A stretch of DNA of 62,886 nt, filler included, from Octopus bimaculoides (lineage: Eukaryota), in assembly GCF_001194135.2 (NCBI RefSeq). It is 3 parts of 3 records of this genome, joined end to end, with 100 filler letters (N's around TTAATTAATTAA, not from the genome) between each part and the next. Parts side by side here need not be neighbours in the genome. Positions count along the whole stretch, not along the records: positions 48,847 to 62,886 come from NC_068984.1; 2 more parts are not named here. One strand, 5' to 3'. Below, piece after piece: positions 62,635 to 62,886 of the stretch (positions within the stretch are counted from its first letter, which is position 1; every line of letters begins with the position of its first letter). The notes under the pieces are model-generated. The model was not told where the DNA came from, ran no database searches, and saw only the letters and a list, made by a program, of their open reading frames with translations. The position numbers and the translations under genes are program-made.

Positions 62635-62886
62635 TCTTTTATTCTTTTACTTGTTTCAGTCATTTTGACTGCGGCCATGCTGGAGCACCGCCTTTAGTCG
62701 AGTAAATCGACCCAGGACTTATTCTTTGTAAGCCTAGTACTTATTCCATCGGTCTTTTTTGCCGAACCGCTAAGTTACGGGGACGTAAACACACCACCAT
62801 CGGTTGTCAAGCGATGTTGGTGGGGGTGGGGGCAAGAAAGACACCCAAACATACACATACACACACATACACACACACACATGTAT
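62635..62886 (-). mobile_element. SINE family C 3' half (runs off the window)
   Basis: cttgtttcagtcattttgactgcggccatgctggagcaccgcc...(CA)n. Confidence 0.85.

Overview
Eukaryotic, AT-rich, very repeat-dense genomic DNA. The SINE families and microsatellite load look like an octopus genome to me (recollection, not a database match). The draft assembly has more than a dozen N gaps and two artificial 100-bp join spacers (44N-TTAATTAATTAA-44N at 27507-27606 and 48747-48846), so the window is three joined pieces. I cannot support any host protein-coding gene, tRNA, rRNA or CRISPR array; most long ORFs in the track are microsatellite or N artefacts. Contents I can support: (1) a Helitron 3' end at 1-342; (2) a CsRn1-like Ty3/gypsy LTR retrotransposon at 48847-53055 (-) with LTR, tRNA-Trp-type PBS, CHCC gag and frameshifted pol; (3) several R4/Dong-like RLE non-LTR retrotransposon fragments sitting in microsatellites; (4) RTE, Penelope-like and other LINE relics; (5) mariner relics, a head-to-head mariner foldback and several MITEs or palindromes; (6) dozens of SINE copies from at least five families. 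The most interesting signal is four hammerhead-ribozyme motifs of the Penelope-associated type I form, all in short segments abutting (TA)n or (TATG)n. Two of them have intact catalytic cores and face each other across one (TA)n tract (720-906). These extend known element classes; I do not see a convincingly new multi-gene system.
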